64,000 bases of DNA from Antedon mediterranea (taxonomy: Eukaryota; Animalia; Echinodermata): positions 36,258,388 through 36,322,387 of the forward strand of contig NC_092670.1 in the NCBI RefSeq assembly GCF_964355755.1, in the 5' to 3' direction. Below are positions 1 through 14,000 of this stretch, piece after piece. Position numbers and translations under genes: made by a program. The notes beneath the pieces are model-generated. The model did not search any database. It saw nothing but the letters and a program-made list of their open reading frames with translations, and was not told the DNA's origin. Position 1 is the stretch's first letter. Every line of letters begins with the position of its first letter.

Positions 1-176
1 CTATGTCCCTCAAACTAGTAAAACATGTATATTTTCTAGGCACGGCTGTTTTTTATTTTTATTTATCACTTAACTAGTTATTGTAATAGAGACGTATGGT
101 ACAGCTTACTACTCAACACATTGAAAATATACATAATTTGTTTAACAAAATAGTATATCTTTTTAAACTTTTGCAG

Positions 177-2876
177 ACCTGCTCTGTCATATGGCTCAGA
201 CCAAGTGATGGAGATTGCAGTGAAAATGTTCAAGAACAGAACAAGAATTGAAAATGATCTGTAAGTTGAAATTCATTCTGATCTACTGTACTTCTATCAT
301 AGAATAGATTAAAATAAGATTAAAAACACTATCGTAACCTTGAATATTTTTTGTTTAGAATAAATATGAAGTGGCTACATATTTGCAGAATCCTAGGTCC
401 TACTTCTTCTGAATCAAGAGTTGAAGCAGGGATCTTACTGCCAATAACAATTCATCAGGTTTCCTTAGTCACACAACTGAAACATTCGAAGCCTAGGCTA
501 CTGGTGAGTGGTTTTGATAGAATTTATGTTTTCCATGCAAAAATAAGGTAGAAGAGATATACAGTAATATTAAACAAAATACAATTATTGAAATATCTTT
601 AGCTTGTTTCAGGTGATGTACAACTAAATTACCATCACCTTGGCTACAAAGACTCATTGAAACCTGACATCACCATTGGGAGCTCTGTAACATCTCAAAG
701 CTCCCAGAAAGAATGGAAACAGAGAATTCTTGATCACTTGAAGCAACTAAAAATAGACATAGTAGTTACCAAAGGAACAATGGATGTTAGTCTCTTCGCA
801 GATTGTTTGGCTGAAAGTATTCTGGTTGTAGAGAGAGTAAAGTTTTCAGTTCTGAAATTACTTACTGCTGGATCAGAGGCTAATGTTTTAACATATCTAA
901 TGGATGCTGAGGAGGTAACTAGTCTATAGAATATCGAAAATTAAATTCATTCCCAGATTTGACTCCCTTAAAATTAAATTGTGATAAATATTGCATACAC
1001 TTCTGTAAAAAAATGTTCAATTTACTAGGAGTCTTCCATTTATCATTCAAGAGATGTCCATTATGGAATTAATGTTATTTATCTATTCTAACAGGTAACA
1101 CTTTAACACTGCTTCCATGCATGCTTCTTTTTTTTTAATAGACAGATGTAGGGCATGTGTCATTGTTAAAATCATTAGAAGGAGGACGCTGTGAAGGTCG
1201 AAGTTCAAAAGAACCATCCATTCAGAACTATCTACTGAGTATACAAACCGAAGCAAATCTTCAAGTAAGATGATCTTTATACCATGTTTATACTTAATCT
1301 CTGTCTAACTACACTATCAAACTTTATGTGACACCGAAATGTGATGTGCCCATTATATGGACATGGTGATGTCATATTAATACCATATTTGGGTATATCA
1401 CTAGGCCTACCATATTTGGGCACATCACACTTCTTTTGTCAAACTAATTTGATAGTGTAGACAGCTCATGTGCACTTTAAAGAGCCTAGTACATCTTTAG
1501 TAAGGGGTTACCCCGGTGTAGTAGTACATCACAGCCAATGATAATAACTTGGCCCTCTGGGAGACCAGTCTTTGACGGAAGAGGTTAACCAGTAATAATA
1601 TAATAATAATAAAATTAATATGATGATGAAAAACTAAATACCAAGAAAGGAATATATCAAATATTTTGACACATTTTTAAACAAAACACAATGATCAGAT
1701 ACATCATAATATATATATATTGTACATTCATTCTGGGACACAAACAACTGGAGTTATGTTAAAATGTTGTCAACTCAAGCACTGTAAGTAATTGGGTACA
1801 GTAGTTTCAGTTGGGTAACTAATTGGATGGCAGACTTCTGGAGGCCAAATAGCTGAGGCCAAATAGCTACAGCTAGTTCTTGTTATTTCAGACTGCTGTT
1901 TTATGTGCACCAAGCCAGTATCAACTAGATGGGTTAGAGGATCAGTTAATGTCATGTGTACACAGACTTACTCAAGCACTTTTAGATGAGAAGTTGATTC
2001 CTGGTGCAGGCTACGCTGAAATACTGGCAATACACAACCTTAATAAAATTGATGGTAAGGGTATTATTTATTTTGAACTATTAACTACATGTATTAAATT
2101 ATTCATTTGCAAAACATCTGAAAAGATTACAATTATTCTCCAAGTACATTTGAAAACACAATTGGGTTGCACTAATGTCCACAACATACAGATCAGTAAC
2201 CTGACGTTCATATCTCTAGTCGATCACCAATTGTGCTGATGGCTAGGGTGAGATTTGAGATCAAGAAAACCTTGTGTCGAGGAGCTAAAGTAATTGGTCG
2301 GATGTTTTGCCCTACGCCAGTAAGGCAAAAGGCACACCACAATAAAGACGACCGGACACGTAAGACTCAAGTAGAATAAGATCTTTATTCGTCAAAACCA
2401 AATATCACAACAATAACATAACAACCAGCGGCCATGATATATAAGTCTACCCGATAGGGGGCGCTAGACTGGCGCTACTCTGAGATGTAATCTGTATTTA
2501 AGTATAAATGAGAGAACATTTGCTATAAAAAATGAGTTACCAGTACTTACATTTTTTTATGGTTCATCTTGCAGCAATGGACTCATTTGATATGGTCAAC
2601 AAAGAAAGCGTAACAAGAGCACTCCAATCAGGCTGGGAGTCCTACCTTCTTCAGTTAGCCTACAATTGCAATGAAATCAACGACTGGTCTCAGGGGATGA
2701 GTCAGGTCACTAAAGCAGTGCAAACAGGAGTCAGTCCTTGTGGCTGTGATATTCACAGTGTTGTTGACTGTGTCAGTGCTAAAGTGGCTGCCTGGAAAAC
2801 TGCATGGAAACTACTTGGAATTATCTTGAAAACGGACACTCATATTGTTACTGGCTTAGATGATAGTGTACTCTGA
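177..2876 (+). CDS. BBS12: Bardet-Biedl syndrome 12-like chaperonin protein, 3' part (5' exons lie left of the window)
   Basis: Phase-compatible GT-AG exons 177-260, 359-503, 603-914, 1142-1264, 1892-2054, 2575-2876(TGA). Peptides LEDQLMSCVHRLTQALLDEKLIPGAG and VVDCVSAKVAAWKTAWKLLGIILKTDTHIVTG resemble the C-terminal motifs of vertebrate BBS12 (EDRFWTCAYRL...VFLGGG; KIEAWRRALDLVLLVLQTD.EIITG), recalled from memory. Confidence 0.85.
1467..1612 (+). mobile_element. SINE 3' fragment with (TAA)n tail; second copy at 42575-42770 (-)
   Basis: CATGTGCACTTTAAAGA.CCTAGTACATC...GGTTACCCCGGTGTA...CCCTCTGGGAGACCAGTCTTTGA is the reverse complement of 42580-42712. Confidence 0.65.
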
Positions 2877-2969
2877 CATAAAGTGCAGTAAAGTGACAGA
2901 AATTTAATTTATTAAATATGCAACAAAACTGAATTGGAAAACTGTCAAATAAAAACAAAATGTGTTTCT

Positions 2970-3262
2970 TTAAAGATACTATTGTCCCCCTGTTGTTGAA
3001 TATGCCAATAGTTATTCACTTTGACCAAAAATTTGATAAAAAAACAACAAATTATTTACCTGAAAAAACTGTAATTTAAACCAAGAAATAGTCAAATTGG
3101 CTGCCAACCAATGGGTTTTTGGTTGAATTTAATCATTTTTATTTTGTGATTTTATAAGTGAAAACATTTATTTTTTTCCTACAGAAGTAAAAACTACAAA
3201 ATAGCCTATTCAAAGTCTTATTTTAATAATCTTTTTTCATGTTTTTTGGGGACAATAAATAT
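2970..3262 (+). mobile_element. About 300-bp interspersed repeat (possible Kolobok-like MITE); copies at about 14170-15390 (split), 34215-34485 and 61495-61800
   Basis: Shared GTTGAATATGCC...TTCACTTTGACCAAAAA...TTCATGTTTTTGGGGACAAT; short ATTGTCCCC/GGGGACAAT inverted ends. Confidence 0.6.
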
Positions 3263-3918
3263 ATTTATAAATTACTGTATTATGTGTTTAGAAATACAGT
3301 ACAGTAATTTAAAAAATATGATTTTTGACAAATTGTGAAATACATAATAAAAATTGTTAATTATGAAATTGTTACCATTACCTTATTCTCATAATACATT
3401 AGTAAAAATAAATAATTTCTGCAAGTAAATTGTTTGAGGTAGATGAAAAATTAGTAAAATACATCAAAACTTTCAATAAAATGTTTGCATAAAATATGAT
3501 GATGTTGCAACTATTCAGAGAAACTTTGAATTATTCCGCCAACCAGTAAAAAATGAAGAAATATAAAATATATGAAACTGGAGCAAACAACAGATGACAA
3601 ATACTTTCATTACCAAAATTATTATTTATTTATAAATTGGCATGTACACCAAATATAATAATACAGTTTCTTATAAAACAATTTGAACAAATTGCACAAC
3701 GAACAACATTTTAAAACAGTGAATATGTTAGTAAAAATATAAAACAGTTAATATGATTGTCATATGAAAGTGTAGCATTTATATAATTATTATAAAATTT
3801 AAAACCATGATTTTCTAATTCAGAAAATGTGCGTTTACTGTGCCTGGAATATTAATATTAATAAATGAACAAAAACTTTGTAAAACAGAGGTAGTGTTGG
3901 TGGTATAACTAAACATAT

Positions 3919-4317
3919 TGTAACGATTTTGATACCCCTCTTATTGCTGTGGAGGTTAGTCCTCTTAGGAGGCTTCTGATTGGTGGGTGAATTTGTAATC
4001 TAAGGAGGAAGAAACCCACGTGAGGCAGTGGAGCTCCAACAGGAAGAGTCATAGGCTTAAAAAATTATCTGACCCAATCCATACTAGGAATTACTTTGTA
4101 CCTGAAGTTACACGCAATTATTAGGTAGGGCAAACGAATACCATTTCTATTGTGTACTGTATCATCAGTTGTGAAAAGAATAAAGCACCCCCTGAATTCG
4201 TAACAGATTGTAGTTTGTGCTTCTGTACGTCATATTACTTACTTATCGTCGTCGGAATAACACCGACGCCGAACCCGCTAACAACGAGGCATGGAAACGA
4301 GGCATGGAAACGTTACA
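3919..4317 (+). mobile_element. Solo LTR (probably Gypsy-type)
   Basis: TGTAACG...CGTTACA inverted termini, perfect 4-bp TSD ATAT on both sides, internal AATAAA near 4179; 399 bp. Confidence 0.8.
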
Positions 4318-4635
4318 ATATCTTTAAAATCACACACAATACTCTCCATGAGTAATGCATAGTATTTATTAAAATGTTAGTTTAAAAAAAACAATATAAA
4401 CAATTTATTAACATAAAACATATTCAAGCACCGGTAATTGCCTTGCCATAAAAAAAATTGCACAATCAATATTGTATTATTAAAATTCATCATCAGTACC
4501 AAAGTACTAAATTTACTTATCTACATTTACTTGTTTATCTTACCCACATGAACAATTTTGCATACTTTTTAAAGTATCAGTAAATTCTGTAACTGGCAAT
4601 TTTATGAGAAGGCATTATCAGTAAAATGGTTCAGT

Positions 4636-4929
4636 GGCTGTATTCACCAATCACACTTCAGTGAAGAATTTTCCTTAAATACGTATTTCACTTAAGTCAA
4701 TAAATATTTAAGCATGGTATTCACTTAATAGAAGAATTCTTATTTTAATGCTGCTTTCCTTGCCAAAGTTTGAATGGTGAAAACATATTTACCAATTACA
4801 ATTAAGTGAGATTTCCTTTAAATACTAAGTATTTCACTTAAGTAAATAAATATTTATGGATTTCACTTAAGTGGTGTTCAATTTAAAATTGAAGTGAACA
4901 TGTGAATTGTGTGATTGGTGAATACGGCT
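4636..4929. mobile_element. TIR MITE about 80 nt downstream of the FBXL4 stop codon
   Basis: GCTGTATTCACCAATCACA...TGTGATTGGTGAATACGGC, with internal TTCACTTAAGT repeats. Confidence 0.65.
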
Positions 4930-5011
4930 AGAGGCTTCCCTGAGGTAAAATTGAGTGCCTTTTCTAGCCTAGGTACTTCCACATCTGGATTCAACAGCTA
5001 ATGATAGAGGA

Positions 5012-8000
5012 TCAGGATGGATGACTGAAACTTTTCTTGATAGTTACGTTCTGATACTGTGATTCTAGATTGCTTACGACGGCCTTAGTTATCTGCTCAC
5101 AAAATGATATATCAACAAATATGAGCCGTTTGCACTTAATTAGTACTCTGTTAGAGAAAAAAACACATTTCATTAATGATTTGGAAGGGATTATGATGAC
5201 AAGGTTTTACACTTTATTGTTTAATTTTTTCTTTCATGGGGTTCACCCAGGGAGTAGAGCTAGATAGGCATGAAGTTGCCTTTTCTCTTCTTCCTTTTTA
5301 TCCAATTATTTTAATGTTTTATATTATAATGTTATGTTTATGTATTTTTTGGATGAATAAAGAAAGAAATCAAAAAAAAAAAAAAAAAATCATCTGAGAC
5401 CATGTGTTATATAATGGGTATTATTATAATTGTAGTTGATACATAGTTCTATTTTCACATATTCCCCCTTGGGTGGATTCAGCATATTGTGTATAAGAGA
5501 ATGGGTTATGGTCACATTTCATGATGAAGGCAATAATTTTTTTAATTTAAAGTGAAATATAAGGGGGAGGGGATGGGGTGTCTGTGTGATGCTCCTCTCT
5601 AAAGCTTTCTCCTATGCATTTTCAATATATTATATACTGCAAATAACCAAGCAACAGAAGTGAGCCTTTTGGTCAAGATTCTAACATGGAAAAAGAAAAA
5701 TACTGTACCTCTCCAGACTATGAGGGCTAATATACCTCATTCCTAACAGGTCTAATTGCTCTAGGTCTTGACAATTGGCAGCGATGGCTTCCAGATCTCT
5801 ATCTGTTATTGTCCTAAAGAAAAAAAACCATTTTTTTTTAATACAATATATGAAAATCAGGATATGTTATTGTGGGTCCCACTGAACTACCTTTGTCTGC
5901 AAAGGTTATCATACATATAGGCCTACATTTAATTTTCATAATACATATAAAATCATAAAGTTTCATTCTAAAATTAATTAATTTATTCATTTTAAAATAT
6001 CAGTAAGTATAAGTAAATAAATATTATTGGAGTGTACCTATTTGAAGTTAGATATAATTTCTTAAGTTTTCTACACTTTGTCACCAAGATCTCGATTCTA
6101 TTTACTTGAGAGCTGTAATAGTAAATAAAAAAAAAACAAAGCGCGTAACAATTTCGAAAGGCATTGTGGGATAGAATAGAGCTATGGGTGGCGCCATTGT
6201 GAGCCATGGAGTAGGGCGCCCGCATCAAATTAGAAAGTCAAAATCATAGAGGGGATCTGCTAATACTCTAGGGGGGGTAGAGTAATTGACTTCCTAGTTT
6301 GGAGGGGGCGCTGCTCCATGCTGTGAAATGGCGTTGCCCAGTTTGACCTTTTAACCCTGTACTTCCGATACTGTGTTTTGAATGAAAATTGAAGAACAAG
6401 AGATTCTTGTGTTATAAGTTCTTTGGTTAACTGTGTATTGTGGTGGTAATGTAAACATAACCAAAAACATTATGCATATTCAAATATAACGAATATGTTC
6501 ATATTCAATGTCTACATCTGCATCTGTTTTTAACTTGTTTGCACTAAAGCTCTGTCTACTCTATCAAACTGATGATGTCATATCACTACCATATTTGGGC
6601 ACATCAAAGTTTTTTTTGTCACAGTTTGATAGTGTAGACATAGAGTATCACGGTGTGACGTCACAACGATAGAGGGCGCTGCATGGTTCCTAGCCAACCA
6701 AACAATGCGTTCAGCGCTACTATGTTGATAAACAGTAAAGATCTGTATTTCTATCAAATTATGCATCTTAGCTTGATTTTTTTAAACTTAAACTGTAGTT
6801 GAAGAATAAATAGATTATTAAAAACAAATATTTAGTGATCTTTTAAAATTTTAGTTTGTTTTTAATAAAAATTATTAAGTTTTAAAATGACTACTTCAAT
6901 AAGCCTATTTCAAACCATTGGTGACCTTGGAGTCACTAAGGCAGGCTGAACGCATCTTTGGTTGCGCTAGTAACCACGCAGCGCCACCTACCGTCGTGAC
7001 GTCAGCACCGTGATACTCTATAGCATTAGAACACAGAATATATAAATACATTTTACAGTAATAATATGATTCATAACGTGAAGATATCCTTACTATAGGC
7101 TGCTAGGTCTGAACAAGCTAAACGTCATTGCTTGAGGCATGTAGTACTTACCACCAGCCTATGTCAAGTTCTAATAGCTCAGGACAGCCATTAGCCAGGG
7201 AGCCTAGTCCAATATTAGTCAACGTCTTTGCTCTCCAAAGATCTAAACTCTTTAATTTCCTGAGAAAGAACAACATTACTAAGCATTAAAATAAAACAAG
7301 TACAGTAAATACGGTATTTTTTTTTATCTTACATTAGGTATTCACAATTACAGGATAAGTAAATCCATGGATTCTAAATGGTAGCCTTACTTCACTCAAT
7401 AAAGAATCGAACCAGTGTCATATAGGATCAGAAGGCAAGCCTCTGACCACCTGACCACAGAAGTCAGGACTTAGACTGATGAAAACAAATAAAAACATAA
7501 ATCTTTGGGTTATTACTCACTTGCAATAATGACCTAGTGACCCCATCACAACATCAAAGTGCTGAATACCTGATACAGACCCTAAATTCAGGTGTTCCAA
7601 CTCAGGAAAATTCCTGTAAAAATAAAAGAATTTTTTTCTTACTTAAGCTGTAAAAGGTATCTGATTTTTTTAGATATAAGGCGATTTTTTAAATGCACCA
7701 TAGAAATGAAATTTTAAAAAGTAACATATTCTTATTATTCAGGATAGACTAATTTTAATATCGCTTAGCTGAAAATTTTTTTTTAAGTGTGATGTATCCA
7801 AGGTAGTGATATGACATCATCATGTCCATATAAGGGCACATCACATTTTTTTGTCACATAAAGTTTGATAGTGTAGACAGAGCATTACTTGTTGTATTTC
7901 ATTTCTAACTTGTTGGATATTTTAATTTAGAAACTCACTTGAATAAGAAACAAGCTTGATTGTCTGTGAGGTTTGTGCGGTACAGGTTTAACCGTTGTAG

Positions 8001-11000
8001 ACAATGTAGGGATGATAAACAACCAAAACTAACACCTGTTAGTTGTGTGCAAGCCTGGAAATCCAATTCTAGAAAAAAGAATGGGTACTGGTTAAGATCA
8101 TTAAATACAGAAACAAGAAGTTGAAAATGTGTTAAGGGTGATGTAGGGGACACAGAGGTGGGGAGAGGAAGAAACAAAGAGGAAGAGAGGAGGCACGGAG
8201 AAACCTTAGAAGGTAATGGATGGGAGGGTGAAGGGAATGGATGGGAGAGTGAAGAGAATGGATAGGAGAGTGAAGAGAATGGATGGGAGAGTGAAGGGAA
8301 TGGATGGGAGAGTGAAGGGAATAGATGGGAGAGTGAAGGGAATAGATGGGAGAGTGAAGGGAATGGATGGGAGAGTGAAGGGAATGGATGGGAGAGTGAA
8401 GGGAATGGATGGGAGAGTGAAGGGAATGGATGGGAGAGAGAAGGGAATGGATTGGAGAGTGAAGGGAATGGATGGGAGAGTGAAGGGAATGGATGGGAGA
8501 GTGAAGGGAATGGATGGGAGAGTGAAGGGAATAGATGGGAGAGTGAAGGGAATGGATGGGAGAGTGAAGGGAATAGATGGGAGAGTGAAGGGAATAGATG
8601 GGAGAGTGAAGGGAATAGATGGGAGAGTGAAGGGAATAGATGGGAGAGTGAAGGGAATAGATGGGAGAGTGAAGGGAATGGATGGGAGAGTGAAGGGAAT
8701 GGATGGGAGAGTGAAGGGAATGGATGGGAGAGTGAAGGGAATAGATGGGAGAGTGAAGGGAATAGATGGGAGAGTGAAGGGAATGGATGGGAGAGTGAAG
8801 GGAATAGATAGGAGAGTGAAGGGAATGGATTGGAGAGTGAAGGGAATGGATTGGAGAGTGAAGGGAATGGATGGGAGAGTGAAGGGAATAGATGGGAGAG
8901 TGAAGGGAATAGATGGGAGAGTGAAGGGAATAGATGGGAGAGTGAAGGGAATAGATGGGAGAGTGAAGGGCATGGATGGGAGAGAGAAGGGAATGGATTG
9001 GAGAGTGAAGGGAATGGATGGGAGAGTGAAGGGAATGGATGGGAGAGTGAAGGGAATGGATGGGAGAGAGAAGGGAATGGATTGGAGAGTGAAGGGAATG
9101 GATGGGAGAGAGAAGGGAATGGATTGGAGAGTGAAGGGAATGGATGGGAGAGTGAAGGGAATGGATGGGAGAGTGAAGGGAATGGATGGGAGAGAGAAGG
9201 GAATAGATGGGAGAGTGAAGGGAATGGATGGGAGAGTGAAGGGAATGGATGGGAGAGTGAAGGGAATGGATGGGAGAGTGAAGGGAATGGATAGGAGAGT
9301 GAAGGGAATGGATGGGAGAGTGAAGGGAATAGATGGGAGAGTGAAGGGAATAGATGGGAGAGTGAAGGGAATGGATGGGAGAGTGAAGGGAATAGATGGG
9401 AGAGTGAAGGGAATAGATGGGAGAGTGAAGGGAATAGATGGGAGAGTGAAGGGAATAGATGGGAGAGTGAAGGGAATAGATGGGAGAGTGAAGGGCATGG
9501 ATGGGAGAGAGAAGGGAATGGATTGGAGAGTGAAGGGAATGGATGGGAGAGTGAAGGGAATGGATGGGAGAGTGAAGGGAATGGATGGGAGAGAGAAGGG
9601 AATGGATTGGAGAGTGAAGGGAATGGATGGGAGAGAGAAGGGAATGGATTGGAGAGTGAAGGGAATGGATGGGAGAGTGAAGGGAATGGATGGGAGAGTG
9701 AAGGGAATGGATGGGAGAGAGAAGGGAATAGATGGGAGAGTGAAGGGAATGGATGGGAGAGTGAAGGGAATGGATGGGAGAGTGAAGGGAATGGATGGGA
9801 GAGAGAAGGGACCCAGTGGGCACAGAACATAATTTCAACGTTGAATCAACGTTGAAATATAGTTGATTTGTTGAAATCATGTTGTCAGCGTATTTCAAAC
9901 GTTGAATCAACGTTGAAATAACATTTTTTCCCTAACTATTTTTTTTACGTTTAGTAATAAACATTGAATCAACGTTGAAATAACATTGTCTTTCTAACTA
10001 GTAATTTAGGTTAATTAATAAATGTTGATTTAACGTTGGAATAACATTGTCTTTCTAACAAATGTTTTACGTTAATTTATCAATGTTGATCCAACGTTGA
10101 AATAACATTGTTTTTCAAACAAATGTTTTACGTTAATTTGTCAATGTTGATTCAACGTTGAAATAACATTGTATTTTTAACTAGAAATTTACGTTAATTT
10201 ATCAATGTTGATCCAACGTTGAAATAACATTGTATTTCTAACTAGAAATTTACGTGTTATTATCAATGTTGATCCAACGTTGAAATAACATTGTCTTTCT
10301 AACTAGTAATTTACGTTAATTTATCAATGTTGATTTAACGTTGAAATAACATTGTCTTTCTAACTAGAAATTTGCGTTAATTTATCAATGTTGATCCAAC
10401 GTTGAAATAACATTGTATTTCTAACTAGAAATTTTCGTTTTATTATCAATGTTGATCCAACTTTGAAATAACATTGTCTTTCTAACTAGTAATTTAAGTT
10501 AATTTATCAATGTTGATCCAACGTTGAAATAACATTGTCTTTCTAACTAGTAATTTACCTTAATTTATCAATGTTGATCCAACGTTAAAATCATATTGTA
10601 TTTTTAACTCGAAATTTAAGTTAATTTATCAATGTTGATCCAACGTTGAAATAACATTGTATTTTTAACTAGTAATTTACGTTAATTTATCAATGTTGAT
10701 CCAACGTTGAAATAAACATTGTATTTTTAACTAGTAATTTACGTTAATTTATCAATGTTGATCCAACGTTGAAATAACAATGTATTTTTAACTAGAAATT
10801 TACGTTAATTTATTAATGTTGATCCAACGTTGAAATAACATTGTATTTTTAACTAGAAATTTACGTTAATTTATTAATGTTAATCCAACGTTGAAATAAC
10901 ATTGTCTTTTTAACTAGTAATTTAAGTTAATTTATCATTGTTGATCCAACGTTGAAATAACATTGTCTTTCTAACTAGTAATTTACGTTAATTTATCAAT

Positions 11001-14000
11001 GTTGATCCAACGTTGAAATCACATTGTATTTTTAACTAGTAATTTACGTTAATTTATCAATGTTTGATCCAACGTTAAAATCACATAGTATTTTTAACTA
11101 GAAATTTACGTTAATTTATCAATGTTGATCCAACGTTGAAATAACATTGTATTTTTAACTAGTAATTTACGTTAATTTATCAATGTTGATCCAACGTTGA
11201 AATAACATTGTATTTCTAACTAGTAATTTACGTTAATTTATCAATGTTGATCCAACGTTGAAATAACATTGTATTTTTAACTAGAAATTTACGTTAATTT
11301 ATTAATGTTGATCCAACGTTGAAATAACATTGTCTTTCTAACTAGTAATTTACGTTAATTTATCAATGTTGATACAACGTTGAAATAACATTGTCTTTAT
11401 ATCTAGAAATTTACGTTAATTTATCAATGTTGATCCAACGTTGAAATAACATTGTATTTTTAACAAGAAATTTACATTAATTTATCAATGTTGATCCAAC
11501 GTTGCAATAACATTGTATTTTTAACTAGAAATTTACGTTAATTTATCAATGTCGATAACATTGTATTTCTAACTAGTAATTTACGTTAATTTATCAATGT
11601 TGATCCAACGTTGAAATAACATTGTATTTTTAACAAGAAATTTACGTTAATTTATCAATGTTGCTCCAACGTTGAAATAACATTGTCTTTCTAACTAGTA
11701 ATTGACGTTAATTAATCAATGTTGATCCAACGTTGAAATAACATTGTATTTCTAACTAATAATTTTTTTCAAACAATTATTATTTTTGTTTTTCAATGTT
11801 ATTCCAACGTTATTTTAACGTTGAAATCCAGTTGCCATTTTCAAATGACATGTTTTCAATGTTGAAAAACTCTTGAAATTATGTTGTTTTTTCAAACAAT
11901 TATTATTTTTGTTTTTCAACGTTAAATTAAAGATAAATTATATTTAATACTTAAATTTTTTAATACTAAGTGCGTTGCCATTGAAGTTTCAACGTTAAAT
12001 TAACATTAGATTTCAGTTGGCGGTTTATTTTATCATCCTTTATTGTAAAACAAATGATTATTGGTTATTTAGGAATTTTAGATTGGCAAATATTATTGTC
12101 TCTGTATAAATACAAAAATGTTCTAGAAGTTGTGTTGAAAATTGAATGATCCTTTCATGCAAGATCAAATTTCATAAGATACGAGCTTGTCATTGGTTAG
12201 TTTCGTATTGATAAAATTTTGAAACTGGTGTCAGTAATTTCAGTTACTTCGACGTAGGCTAGGCCTACAGTAGTTTAAGTGGTGTGTAGAAAAAAAAGGC
12301 TCGTCATTGAAATTGTCAAATAAGTATGTTTTGAGGTAGGAAAACAATCTTTTTTATTTGTAATCTACTAATTTATAAGCTTTGAGCTTGACTATTTCAC
12401 CCTTATCAATAGCTTATAGCCTCTGGTCTAGTAGGCCACACATGCATAGCTAGCTAGGCTATAGCCTGGTAGGCTAGGCAGGCTGCCAAACTGATGAACT
12501 GAATTCACTCACTAGGCCTAGTGGAAGCATTTAGTATTATGCATGTCAAAGGGCAAACATTTGCCTTGCCAAGGATAACTACAGTACTGTACTTATTATG
12601 GTTATAAAATGGTATGTATTTTAGGCCTTTTAGTTCAATACTTTCTTTATTTAATATCCAAAAGTATACATAAATATAACATTATAATATATAATTAGTT
12701 GGCCTAGCTAGCTTTCTGCTAGGCTGTCTACAGTAGCTGCTAATGCTATTATTAGTGTTAATATACAAACACATGCTGCTAGCCTAGGACGGCTATTTGT
12801 TAAACTTACTCGCTTTCTTTATTTCAGATTGTAGGCCTAGCTAAGGCCCTTAGGCCTATGCCTAGCTAGAGTACAAAATAATGAAGTACATGTAGGCCTA
12901 TAATCTTTTCTATGTGAATCAAACGAGAAAAATCTAATGGATGATCAATATTTTTATATACAAAAGGTTGGTATTTATAGTTCTTAACTTTAATATTGAA
13001 TTGAATAAATATTATGCCGTGGTTAGGATTCCGGCACCGCAACTCAACTTCCCATCGTTAGGGAATCCGACACGCTAAATTGCCCATGCCCAGAGCGAAG
13101 TAATTATAGCTTGCACTAGTGCCACAGACCGCGCACCACATTACCCGAGAGTCGGAGTGTTAACTAGGGATGTACTGTGTAGCCAAAGATATCTTTGCTG
13201 TGGCCTAGTTAGTCGTCGCGCGGGGGAGAGAGCGATGGATGAAACTTGGCCTAGGCCATACATGAATTAATAATTACGCCACGCGTTAAAATAATTATTA
13301 TGATATTGATAAGAATCAGCTTGCGTATTTCAAGAAATGTACGAAAATGAGTAGCGTAGCGTTGCGACACCGACTTCTCCCGAACAGTTCTGTTTTTTTT
13401 TCACATCCGCACGGCGGCTGCTGTCAACAAATCAACTTGTATACGATTGCATGATGTTATGTACAGTATAAATGCGTTATATGAAATCTTTTATTTTGTA
13501 CTTGAAAAATCATAAAAAATAAAACTAGTCATGCAATTATAATTCATAAATATATAAAGTTTATATATGAATGAAGCAAATTTAATTACGAAATAAATAG
13601 GCCCAATGGTCAGATCTAGCTGGTAGGCCTACTAGTATTAGTAGGCATGTAGGCCGGCTAGTTCGCCGTGGCGCAGCTATTAAAATGATCCATCGCTGTA
13701 AAGCTTGGTTCCCACTAGAACGTAACGCAAGGACGTAAACGCAACGCAAGCGTTTTAACCAATGACAAGCGAAGTTATAGACAGTTAGCAATCACAAGCG
13801 AATAAGCCATCGCTTGTGATTGGTCAATTTACTTGCGTTGCGTTACGTCCTTGTGTTGCGTCGCTAGTGGGAACCACGCTTTGGTCTGTTGTAGACAAAA
13901 ATAGAATCGCCGATTACCTTGCTCTGGGCATGCGCAATAGCGTGTCGGATTCCCTAACGCTGGGCAGTTGAGTTTCGGTGCCGGAGTCCTAACCACGGCG

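Noticed and set aside
2180-2497. Possible solo LTR in a BBS12 intron
   Set aside because: Poly(A)- and TATA-like words are present, but I could not define TG...CA ends with a TSD.
7935-9910. Long 430-631 aa ORFs on both strands
   Set aside because: They are translations of a 21-bp minisatellite that lacks stops in those frames; only 7939-8068 is a real FBXL4 exon.
9890-11760. CRISPR-like regular palindromic array
   Set aside because: No unique spacers, no cas genes, eukaryotic context; it lies within transposon TIRs.
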